A DNA stretch of 64,000 nucleotides from Candidatus Latescibacterota bacterium (GCA_965204375.1 OZ241986.1:1-64000); one strand, 5' to 3'; shown: positions 1-7,593, counted from the stretch's first letter. Notes: a model not told the origin generated them from the sequence alone. A program made the numbers and translations.

Positions 1-1020
1 CAATTCATTGGCGATCTTAAGTTCTTCATAAACGCGATGGAGAAACGCAAACGCCGTTTCCGATGGATGTGCAAAATAACCGCCAAGCCGTTGGTCGTCT
101 ATATTGCGCCAAAAATCGGGTTCCCAGTCTGTAATTCTACGCAAACGGTCATACACATCATTCATTTTGCATAAGTTTGGCGCAAAGGGAAAAAACATAT
201 GCAGGCGTTTAACGGTTTGAATATAGAAGCCGTTGACTGGTACAAATTTTCCTATGAAAGAACAACGCCAACACACTTTAGGTAATTCACTCTTCTTTGT
301 TGCCGTCATCGGGTAAAATGAACCCAAACCGGTGGTGCCTGTCATAAAGGGAAAAATTGTTTGGTTCATATCGTCCATTTTTGAGGATAGGCAACCACAT
401 AAAAAGCAAGGACTTACTTTCCGTCTGGACTTGCGATTGGGTTCTTGAACCTGAATGATCACCTTTGGGCGCACGCGATTGGGTTCATCAATCAACATCC
501 CCGCAGGTGGCCCCGGTTTCAGTTCTTCCAGTTTTAAGAACTGATCCAATCGATCTTGAAGGTAGGCGTAATCGTCAGGTAATTTTCCTGGCGTTTTATC
601 TGCCCATTTAACTTGTCCACCTGCTGGGCGAGGTGCTTTGTCATAAATAAAGGCGGCTATCCCTCGCGCCTTGCGCTTTGGGAAGCGTTCAAACTTTCCA
701 TCTGAATTATAAAAAAAGTTATGAGATGCGACCTCTTCCCATTGTTTTTGGGAAGAGAGGTCGTAATAGTGTCTGATCAAACGATTATAAGCCGTTTCTA
801 ACAAACCTTGCACAGCATCAACTTCACCGGATATCGTCAATTGGTCGGCCTCAAGTTTTACAATCGTTTGAAAATTTGTATATAAATTTTCGTCTTGATC
901 ATCAATACCCTTTTGTGGTTCCTGATGAATATCTCCGATGATACATCTGTAGAGTCCCAGGACACCGGAATCATTCCAGAATTGATTTAAGCGTGGAAAG
1001 GTTACAGTAATGTCACTCAT
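1..1020 (-). CDS. cas8: Type I (I-B-like) Cascade large subunit Cas8 (Cas8a1/Cas8b1-Cst1, CxxC-CxxC type), 3'-truncated by the window edge
   Basis: Not in the ORF track; translated by hand from ATG 1020, open to base 1: MSDITVTFPRLNQFWNDSGVLGLYR...KSCFLCG...FPFMTG...KVCWRCSF. Two CxxC motifs and an N-terminal NxGxxGL-like motif; starts 3 nt after the cas6 stop. Confidence 0.75.
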   Translation of the reverse strand, partial: MSDITVTFPRLNQFWNDSGVLGLYRCIIGDIHQEPQKGIDDQDENLYTNFQTIVKLEADQLTISGEVDAVQGLLETAYNRLIRHYYDLSSQKQWEEVASHNFFYNSDGKFERFPKRKARGIAAFIYDKAPRPAGGQVKWADKTPGKLPDDYAYLQDRLDQFLKLEELKPGPPAGMLIDEPNRVRPKVIIQVQEPNRKSRRKVSPCFLCGCLSSKMDDMNQTIFPFMTGTTGLGSFYPMTATKKSELPKVCWRCSFIGKFVPVNGFYIQTVKRLHMFFPFAPNLCKMNDVYDRLRRITDWEPDFWRNIDDQRLGGYFAHPSETAFAFLHRVYEELKIANEL

Positions 1021-1023
1021 GGA

Positions 1024-1683
1024 TTACTCCTTGATCTGGCGGACAGTGCCGAAACCTCTGGCACTTTGTTTGCCAATACCCCATAATGGTGGAAGTTGAA
1101 AATTAACGGTAAATGTGCCCATAAATCCAGTCAGCGTCACACCAGATTTGATTTGAATGGATTTTGGCTTCTCAATATAGAGATTCGCTTTGAGCCTATC
1201 CGTAATGGTGAGACGAACAGATTTGCATAGTGAAATCAAATTGCCAATCAAAATGCTGCTGAGTAAATCTTGTCGCTTAGCTTTATTGATCAATTTGTTG
1301 TAGCGTTGATGGTTTGCTTGGTTAAGCGCGAGCCAGGGACTCAAAAATTGATATTTCACAGGTGCCTCAGTCGCACCAATTGAAATGGTCTCGGTATTCC
1401 GATTTTGCTCAATCACGTTCAAAGTCTGTCCGTTTAAATTGAGTATATCAATTTCAGGTAGTGCCCGTACGAGAAATGACCCGCTTTCCAATCCCATTAC
1501 ACGCCCCACGCCACCAATTGTTTTATATTGAATCAGCGGATGTTGATATAACAGACCACTTGGTCCATGGTGGTGAAATTCTATCCGATTCTTATACCGC
1601 TGTCCAAAAAAGCCACGCAAGAGCCGTGCGTCATTTTCCTGTAATGACTGATCGCAGCAAAGTGTCAGTGTTGTAAGTTCCAT
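1024..1683 (-). CDS. cas6: CRISPR-associated endoribonuclease Cas6
   Basis: 219 aa with LRGFF, YQHPLIQYK and FLSPWLALNQ motifs and the C-terminal G-rich loop GIGKQSARGFG. Confidence 0.92.
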   Translation of the reverse strand: MELTTLTLCCDQSLQENDARLLRGFFGQRYKNRIEFHHHGPSGLLYQHPLIQYKTIGGVGRVMGLESGSFLVRALPEIDILNLNGQTLNVIEQNRNTETISIGATEAPVKYQFLSPWLALNQANHQRYNKLINKAKRQDLLSSILIGNLISLCKSVRLTITDRLKANLYIEKPKSIQIKSGVTLTGFMGTFTVNFQLPPLWGIGKQSARGFGTVRQIKE

Positions 1684-1769
1684 AGTTATTATCCTTATTT
1701 TTATGGATTGTAGGATGACAAATCAAAAAACCAGAACATATTTCAATCTATATTTTGAGCGGCTAAATG

Positions 1770-1789
1770 TAGTGAAAATTTGTTCACTA
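1770..1789. promoter_or_regulatory. Inverted repeat in the cas6 upstream region (candidate operator)
   Basis: TAGTGAA-N6-TTCACTA, about 90-105 nt upstream of the cas6 start. Confidence 0.35.
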
Positions 1790-1825
1790 TGCAAGATTAA
1801 ATTGCACTTGCGATGCAGCTTTTCT

Positions 1826-1861
1826 ATTTTTTGTTCCCCAGAGGAATTATTAGGAGAGTAA
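1826..1861 (+). pseudogene. 3'-terminal scar of a deleted PIN-family toxin gene
   Basis: Reads IFCSPEELLGE*, resembling the ICTPEELxGE C-terminus of PIN proteins that precede the next small gene family; the stop abuts the next start. Confidence 0.55.
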
Positions 1862-1862
1862 T

Positions 1863-2045
1863 GTGATGAACCACGACTATATCATAAAAGAAGTCCGAAT
1901 GATTCGCGAGCAATTGGCGGCATCACACGGCTATAATGTGCGTGCCTTGTTTGCGGAAGCAAAGAAACGTGAAAAAGAAAGTGGGCGAATGGTCGTTAAA
2001 TTGGCTCCCAGGCGGTTAAAAATTGCTGACGAAAAATCGGTATAA
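1863..2045 (+). CDS. Small antitoxin-like protein, copy A1 (family usually downstream of PIN toxins)
   Basis: 60 aa, DxIIKEVRMIREQLAA..YNVRALF..AKKREKESGR; GGAG SD; near-identical paralog at 2814-2996. Confidence 0.6.
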   Translation: MMNHDYIIKEVRMIREQLAASHGYNVRALFAEAKKREKESGRMVVKLAPRRLKIADEKSV

Positions 2046-2122
2046 CCCGTGCATCGGGATAATGTCCCTGGCCGCTACTTTTTTGTCTCGTGTTTGTACA
2101 TTTCCCCTTTAAGGAATTGCTC

Positions 2123-2323
2123 ATGCTCTGCACTGCTTTAGGCGTTGTGAAAGACGGTAAAATCGAAATTTTGGAACACATTGCATTGCCTGAAGGACAA
2201 AAAGTATTGGTCACCATATTGCCCGACGATGATATGTTTTGGCGGGAAGCCAGCCAGGATACCCTGAAGCAAATTTGGGACAATAATGAGGATGATGTAT
2301 ATGCCCGATTACTCGATGAGTGA
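2123..2323 (+). CDS. DUF104/AF2212-like antitoxin, orphan
   Basis: AAGGA SD then ATG 2123; GVVKDGKIEILEHIALPEGQKVLVTIL and an acidic IWDNNEDDVYARL tail. The overlapping ATG at 2316 reads MSDFV and then runs into the WYL scar. Confidence 0.65.
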   Translation: MLCTALGVVKDGKIEILEHIALPEGQKVLVTILPDDDMFWREASQDTLKQIWDNNEDDVYARLLDE

Positions 2324-2330
2324 TTTCGTT

Positions 2331-2452
2331 TCACATATTCACCTCGCCGCGATCATATCCTTTGCGATTATCTGTCACAGCTCCTCTGATTCTATCACCT
2401 CGCAATTAGCGCCCCAGCCTCTGATCTGGAATTTTAGCACCAGAGTGTGACT
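2331..2452 (-). pseudogene. Decayed duplicate of the WYL gene 3' end
   Basis: Translates SHTLVLKFQIRGWGANCEVIESEEL*QIIAKDMIAAR*, versus intact SHTLEMKPWIRGWGADCEVIEPEDLRKVIAKDMIAAG. Confidence 0.9.
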
Positions 2453-2467
2453 TTTCACAGGTTTGTA

Positions 2468-2493
2468 GTATATTGAATCATTGCTCAATATAC
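2468..2493. promoter_or_regulatory. Palindromic operator upstream of antitoxin C1
   Basis: GTATATTGA-N8-TCAATATAC; conserved at 5194-5223. Confidence 0.6.
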
Positions 2494-2560
2494 GGGATAT
2501 TTATATATTTTTTTCTGAAGCTCAAATCTCCATTCGAACAACCCAAAAACGAGGCGTGCG

Positions 2561-2800
2561 ATGGATTTAAGAGTCCTTGAAGAACGTGTTTGCGAAGTAG
2601 AAAAAAGAGTTCAAGAACTTTTGCGAGAAATTGGGTTCTTAAAAAAGAGTGGTCTGATTGCTCCGCCTCAGTACTCTGCGGTCACTGACGCCGATATGGT
2701 GAGACAGCGCGAAATTGCCCGACGTATGCGCGAAGCACGCGACAAAATGCCTCCACTTGGTATGTCAATAAAAGAGATGGTGGAGGAAGGGCGTTCGTAA
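2561..2800 (+). CDS. VapB-like antitoxin, copy C1 (orphan; PIN partner absent)
   Basis: GAGG SD; ends LGMSIKEMVEEGRS. Paralog of 5289-5504, which is coupled to a PIN toxin. Confidence 0.7.
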   Translation: MDLRVLEERVCEVEKRVQELLREIGFLKKSGLIAPPQYSAVTDADMVRQREIARRMREARDKMPPLGMSIKEMVEEGRS

Positions 2801-2813
2801 ATAGGCGAGTAAT

Positions 2814-2996
2814 GTGATGAACCACGACCATATCATAAAAGAAGTCCGAATGATTCGCGAGCAATTGGCGGCATCACACAGCTATAATGTGCGTGCCCTG
2901 TTTGCGGCAGCAAAGAAACGCCAAAAAGAAAGTGGGCGGAAGGTCGTTAAATTGACTCCCAGGCGTTTAAAAACTGCTGACGAAAAAGCGGTATAA
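2814..2996 (+). CDS. Small antitoxin-like protein, copy A2
   Basis: Near-identical to 1863-2045; preceded only by the ATA GGC GAG TAA (IGE*) toxin-end scar. Confidence 0.6.
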   Translation: MMNHDHIIKEVRMIREQLAASHSYNVRALFAAAKKRQKESGRKVVKLTPRRLKTADEKAV

Positions 2997-3062
2997 CCAA
3001 TGCATACGGCGATACTTGATCTCAGTCAGAAATCCGCTGATTCTAATTCTCGCATACCCATA

Positions 3063-4064
3063 TCAGAGATCTGATTCCATAGATTTTCCCTTCTCATACA
3101 TCTTTCCTGCCGCGATCATATCCTTTGCAATTACCTTTCTCAAATCCTCTGGTTCTATCACTTCGCAATCTGCGCCCCAGCCTCTGATCCACGGTTTCAT
3201 CTCCAGCGTGTGACTTACGGTTAATGTCATGAGACAGCCGCCGTCTGGCAGATCGTCAATGGTATCGACGCAGGGCCAGTCCGATTCCCGCACGCGGTAT
3301 GCCACATTGGGCGAGAAGCGGAGTTTGACGACGATGCGCTCATCGCCACCCATGACGCCCCAGGCTTGCGTCAGATAATCGTAGGGATCGAAATTGTCCC
3401 GAATCTGATATGACGAATCGAGAATTTTGACCCGTTGCACGCGCTCAATTTTGAACTCGCGGATGTCGTGGCGCAGATGGTCATATCCGATCACATAACA
3501 GGCATATCCCACAGGCGATGGCTCGATAAAATACGGGTCAAAAATCCGCTCTGTCACATCACCCTTTTCTGGATTCCAGTAAACTATATACACTTGACGG
3601 CGTGTTGCCCATGCCAGAGTCAGGGTCTCTAACACACCTAAATAATCCGACCATAGCCGCCGCCGATCTGCAGCAGATGCCGTTCGCGTAATGTGTTCGC
3701 CTATTGGTTCAGGCATGGCACTGGCCAGCTTGTTCAGGGCCGATACAGCGTGCGGATTGTGTTTATCACCATAAGCGGCGAGCAATCGCGCTGCCAGATA
3801 AAGGGCCAGTGCTTCGTCCAAATTTAAATGAACTGGAAGCAAATCGAACTGTGCATCTTCAACCAGATGCCAAAGTCGGCCCTCATAATAAACTGGCAGC
3901 CGTCCACTCTCTGACAATTGCACGATATACCGCCGGGCTGTTCGCTCCGATACATTGAGAAGGTCGGCAATTTCCCGAGTCCGGAATCCCTCTGGTCGTT
4001 GCCGCGCGAAAATCTGTACTTGCAACAGCCTTTCATTTTTGGTCTCAGCATCTATAACTGGCAT
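3063..4064 (-). CDS. HTH-WYL-WCX transcriptional regulator (PafB/PafC-like, CRISPR-associated)
   Basis: N-terminal HTH (REIADLLNVSERTARRY), WYL core (RIFDPY...CYVIGYD...REFKIERV) and WCX tail (WIRGWGADCEVIEP). Confidence 0.92.
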   Translation of the reverse strand: MPVIDAETKNERLLQVQIFARQRPEGFRTREIADLLNVSERTARRYIVQLSESGRLPVYYEGRLWHLVEDAQFDLLPVHLNLDEALALYLAARLLAAYGDKHNPHAVSALNKLASAMPEPIGEHITRTASAADRRRLWSDYLGVLETLTLAWATRRQVYIVYWNPEKGDVTERIFDPYFIEPSPVGYACYVIGYDHLRHDIREFKIERVQRVKILDSSYQIRDNFDPYDYLTQAWGVMGGDERIVVKLRFSPNVAYRVRESDWPCVDTIDDLPDGGCLMTLTVSHTLEMKPWIRGWGADCEVIEPEDLRKVIAKDMIAAGKMYEKGKSMESDL

Positions 4065-4100
4065 GGCTTTCTCCGTTTTTCAGGATAATATAGTTTGGAA

Positions 4101-4119
4101 GCGGACAGTTTTTGTCCGC
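4101..4119. promoter_or_regulatory. Perfect palindrome upstream of the WYL gene (probable WYL operator)
   Basis: GCGGACA-N5-TGTCCGC, 37-55 nt upstream of the WYL start. Confidence 0.6.
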
Positions 4120-4219
4120 AAAAGTAAAAAATTTTTCCCGTGCAAAGAAAATCAAAAAAGAGAGCGTTGTAAGGTGGGATTTTGATGACGGCACAGGCAA
4201 AGTAAGAGCCGGAGGACGT

Positions 4220-4256
4220 ATTTCTCCCACCGGCTAATGAGTTTAGAGATTGAAAC
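4220..4256 (+). CRISPR. Single degenerate CRISPR-repeat-like element (not an array)
   Basis: ...CTAATGAGTTTAGAGATTGAAAC: type I-B/I-D-like ATTGAAAC end preceded by a short CTAA/TTAG stem. No second copy seen in the window. Confidence 0.35.
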
Positions 4257-4277
4257 GTTATCAAGTGCGACTAAGAG

Positions 4278-4757
4278 CTATGAGGTGGCAGGGCGATTGT
4301 GCGTGGTTTTGCTTTCTTCTATAGCCTGATCTATTTTGGCGGATAAGTCATCCACGTCTTTGAAAGCTTCTGCTACGCGATCAAAAACGGCAAAATCTTC
4401 TGCTTTCTGGTGGAAAACAGGTATTCCGTCTCGCGTAACAGTTTGCCAGAAAGGGGCTTCATAGTCCTGGTGATATATCCATTCCTCTGCGGTAAGTACG
4501 ATAAGCGAAGGCACAACCTCGGTGCCAATCGCGAGCGTGTATCCGGGTTCAGCAACGGACTTCTTCGTTTTCCAATCTCCTTCGTGGATGATAACGAGAA
4601 CATCCAAATCAGAGTCCTCATTGGATGATCCATGTGCTTTGGAACCAAAAATAATGATATCTTTGATGAGACCCGCAAATTGTGCTTCCAGAGCTTTCTG
4701 GTAAGCTTCAAGCCAAATGCGTTCTTCGCGCGTCAATGTCAAATTTTCTAAAGTCAT
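4278..4757 (-). CDS. Minimal nucleotidyltransferase (MNT/MntA-type antitoxin) with a C-terminal extension; no HEPN partner
   Basis: IFGSKAHGSSNEDSDLDVLV (GS/DxD motif); the MNT fold ends near RDGIPV, followed by about 45 extra aa. Confidence 0.8.
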   Translation of the reverse strand: MTLENLTLTREERIWLEAYQKALEAQFAGLIKDIIIFGSKAHGSSNEDSDLDVLVIIHEGDWKTKKSVAEPGYTLAIGTEVVPSLIVLTAEEWIYHQDYEAPFWQTVTRDGIPVFHQKAEDFAVFDRVAEAFKDVDDLSAKIDQAIEESKTTHNRPATS

Positions 4758-5035
4758 ATCGAGGTGGTTAGAGAGCGATGGGTCATGCCTACGATTTCAC
4801 CGGTGTGGTCATTGATTTCAACGACCTTGAACGAACGGTTCTTCCAGTCTTTTCCCCCGAGGTTGGCTGCCAGGCTCCGCCGTTCCCAGGGCCGAGAGAA
4901 CCCTATGGTTATTTTCCAGGTATTTGCTGTTTCGTCGAATACAACCTCTTCAAGTCCTAAGTCCTGAACTTCCTCGTCGGCAAACAGTTCAGTTATGTAT
5001 TTGTTCGCCGCCCGCACGGCTTCTTTTACGTTCAT
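4754..5035 (-). CDS. Small hypothetical protein of a family usually found upstream of PIN toxins (antitoxin-like)
   Basis: MNVKEAV..A...LGLEEVVFD....WKITIGFSRPW; ATGA overlap with the MNT gene. Confidence 0.55.
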   Translation of the reverse strand: MNVKEAVRAANKYITELFADEEVQDLGLEEVVFDETANTWKITIGFSRPWERRSLAANLGGKDWKNRSFKVVEINDHTGEIVGMTHRSLTTSI

Positions 5036-5193
5036 TTATGCCCCATTTCTACAGTCTTATCATTTTTTTAAAATCGAGGAATTTCGGTACAATCTGCCTA
5101 CTTAAAGAGTAACCAATTTGTACTTTTTAGAAAAGTGTTTCTCATGTGTAAAAAATCAAAACTGAGAGAATGGGGGCGAGAAGTAAGTTATGG

Positions 5194-5223
5194 CTGTATA
5201 TTGAACCATTGCTCAATATACAG
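5194..5223. promoter_or_regulatory. Perfect 11-bp inverted repeat upstream of the vapBC-like pair
   Basis: CTGTATATTGA-N8-TCAATATACAG. Confidence 0.65.
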
Positions 5224-5288
5224 TATGTTTATATATTTATCATTAAAGCTCAAATTTCCATTCGAACGACCCAAAGATGAGGTGTGCG

Positions 5289-5504
5289 ATGGATTTAAGT
5301 GTCCTTGAAAGACGTGTTTGTGAAATAGAAAAAAATGTTCAAGAACTCTTACACGAAATTCGTTTGTTGAAACAAAATGGACAAACGACAGACGCCGATA
5401 TTGCGAGACAGCGCGAAACTGCCCGACGTATGCGCGAAGCACGCGACAAAATGCCACCTCTTGGTATGTCCATAAAAGAAATGGTAGAGGAAGGACGTGA
5501 GTAA
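5289..5504 (+). CDS. VapB-like antitoxin, copy C2
   Basis: GAGGTG SD, ATG 5289; overlaps the PIN gene start; paralog of 2561-2800. Confidence 0.75.
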   Translation: MDLSVLERRVCEIEKNVQELLHEIRLLKQNGQTTDADIARQRETARRMREARDKMPPLGMSIKEMVEEGRE

Positions 5505-5946
5505 ACGCATTGTGATTGACTCCAGCGTTGCTCTCAAATGGCGACTGCGCGATGAAGAAGCTTTGGAACAGGCCGATGTCTTATTAGAGCATTTCTTATC
5601 CCAAGAGCTTGTGTTAATTGTGCCGACGCTCTTTGATTATGAGATTGCCAATGTGCTGAAAGTTGCGATTGTTCGAAAGCGTCTTGCCAAGGAAGAAGCA
5701 GACAAAATTATAGAAGAATTTCAGAACTACGCGTTAAGGCGATATGAGTTTGTTCCATTACAAAAGCAGGCGTTTCAACTGGCTTATGATCACCAACGCT
5801 CTGTTTATGACAGTGCATATCTCGCATTGGCCCAGACAATGGATGTGTGGTTTTATACAGGTGATTTGAAGCTCTTTCGAGGTGTTCAGCAAAAACTGAA
5901 TTTTGTAAAATGGATTGGAGACTATGACCTTGATCTGATCCCCTGA
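5497..5946 (+). CDS. vapC: PIN-domain toxin (VapC family)
   Basis: IVIDSSVALKW, YEIANVL, SVYDSAYLALA and YTGD acidic PIN motifs. Confidence 0.9.
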   Translation: MSKRIVIDSSVALKWRLRDEEALEQADVLLEHFLSQELVLIVPTLFDYEIANVLKVAIVRKRLAKEEADKIIEEFQNYALRRYEFVPLQKQAFQLAYDHQRSVYDSAYLALAQTMDVWFYTGDLKLFRGVQQKLNFVKWIGDYDLDLIP

Positions 5947-5949
5947 TCA

Positions 5950-6028
5950 TTTCCTCATATACATTTCCTGCCGCGATCATATCCTTTGCAATTTCTGCCC
6001 TAAAATCTGCTGATTCCAGCCCCTCGCA
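5950..6028 (-). pseudogene. Second decayed duplicate of the WYL gene 3' end
   Basis: Translates CEGLESADFRAEIAKDMIAAGNVYEE, versus intact CEVIEPEDLRKVIAKDMIAAGKMYEK. Confidence 0.85.
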
Positions 6029-6196
6029 GTGATAACCGCTGCAATCCTATTGATAATCTGTGTTAGACCTCAACCCCCAGTTCTCGGTTTGCGACGCTCT
6101 GGTAGTGGTTCAGCGAGCCATCTATTACTTCTGTCATCGGAACCTGGTGTCCAGCAACTTTTGCTCGGGCGAAGCTGCCGAACCTCCGCGCGGTTT

Positions 6197-7567
6197 TTAA
6201 CTCATCTGGAACCGAAAAGCAAATAGATCCGCGTCCTTGAGGGTGAAGCGTAACCGCACCGGCTGACCTGCCAGCAGGCGCATATCTTCCTTGCTCTCCC
6301 AACGGACTGTACCGTCGATGGCATCACCGAATATCTCAGGGCACTCGTCCAGTGCGAAGCCCGGCTGCGGATGCCCTTCCGTATCCTGGATCTCAACGCG
6401 CACAAATCCCACCGCTGATGTCGAAAAGTTCAATCTCAGACTGTCGCCTGTGAAAATTAACGGACGGGTGACGAACTCGCCGCCAGCGTAGTCTGCGCGG
6501 ACCGACACGAACCCGTCGGTTCGGAGCGAGAATCGACGAATATGGACAGTTGGTAGGCGCCAGTTTTCCATACCGTACAGCGAGAGTTCATCGGGTGACG
6601 TTTGCAAAATACCTCGCTCCATGAACATCCCGCGCTCATGCCAGTTGCCCTCATCGAGCCCGGGGCGGACAAAAGCCTCCATGAAGCTGCGGTCAAAGTG
6701 GCGTCCATCGCGGCTGGACATAAACACGATGTCATTCACGCCTGAACCGTATTTCCACCCCGGAATTGGCTCGCGTTCTGTCACGAAGCGTGACGGAAAC
6801 ATCAAATACACTCCCGGTGCCCGCTCGTAGGGCACGCAGGAATTGGTATAGAGGTGCTCATAGGGCGTCTCGCCGGGGTCAATCAGTTCAAGCGGTGTCC
6901 AACGGCGAAAGTCTTTGGAGGTCGTGCGGCGAATCCAGCGCACCCCGTTTTTGAAGTTGCCCTTACCTGCCACGCCGCGCGTGTACGCGACATATTCCTC
7001 CCGTTCCACGTCCCAAAAGGCGATATTGTGTGAATCAAAGGGTCCATCGGTCAGGATTGGCGCATCCTGCACCAGTCGCCAGCGGAGACCGTCAGGCGAG
7101 ACCAACGCGAGTACATCGCTGGTACGTACAATGGCTTTGTACCGTTCTTCGTCCAACGCGTCGGGATTGCCATCGAGAAACGGCGACATGTTATTACCGG
7201 GTCCCGCCCAGACGAGGTTATTCTCCTTCGAATCTTGAAACTCAATCAGTCCGAGTCGTGGCTTCTCCCAGTGAATGCCGTCGGTGCTTTCAGCGTAGGC
7301 GATGAGCGGGTGACGCGTACCGCGAATCGGCATCTCCTGGTCGCAGCGATACCACGCGCGGAACCGGTCGCCCTCGCGGAACGTGACCATATAGGAAACA
7401 CCGCCCCGTTCCCACGGATGTTCAGCGGAAATTACAACCTCACGACGCACAGGTTCATGCAAGCGCTGTGTGACACCCTGCGCTTCAGCAATCCAGAAAT
7501 TGTCCACGAATAGTTGTCGGTCTGTGCCGATGTGGATAGGTGAACTGTTGTTATCTTGTCGTTCCAT
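6197..7567 (-). CDS. Putative five-bladed beta-propeller glycoside hydrolase (GH32/GH43-like)
   Basis: RQLFVD start, Asp-box repeats (ESTDGIHW, SPDGLRW, SKDFRRW, SRDGRHF) and C-terminal LRTDGFVS; higher GC than the flanks. Confidence 0.65.
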   Translation of the reverse strand: MERQDNNSSPIHIGTDRQLFVDNFWIAEAQGVTQRLHEPVRREVVISAEHPWERGGVSYMVTFREGDRFRAWYRCDQEMPIRGTRHPLIAYAESTDGIHWEKPRLGLIEFQDSKENNLVWAGPGNNMSPFLDGNPDALDEERYKAIVRTSDVLALVSPDGLRWRLVQDAPILTDGPFDSHNIAFWDVEREEYVAYTRGVAGKGNFKNGVRWIRRTTSKDFRRWTPLELIDPGETPYEHLYTNSCVPYERAPGVYLMFPSRFVTEREPIPGWKYGSGVNDIVFMSSRDGRHFDRSFMEAFVRPGLDEGNWHERGMFMERGILQTSPDELSLYGMENWRLPTVHIRRFSLRTDGFVSVRADYAGGEFVTRPLIFTGDSLRLNFSTSAVGFVRVEIQDTEGHPQPGFALDECPEIFGDAIDGTVRWESKEDMRLLAGQPVRLRFTLKDADLFAFRFQMS

Positions 7568-7593
7568 TTTGGTCTCTTTCGTCTACAAAAGAA

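Noticed and set aside
1740-1770. Minus-strand ...TATAGATTGAAAT as a second CRISPR repeat upstream of cas6
   Set aside because: Only the 3' end matches, there is no hairpin, and the AT-rich promoter context makes a chance match likely.
1800-1812. Match of the post-repeat sequence (4257 onward) to the cas6 promoter
   Set aside because: Only 7 nt (CAAGTGC) match, and not in the first seed positions.
1700-6200. CRISPR array or integron attC cassette array
   Set aside because: The repeats are gene-sized and irregular; no regular repeat-spacer period, attC structure or integrase was seen.
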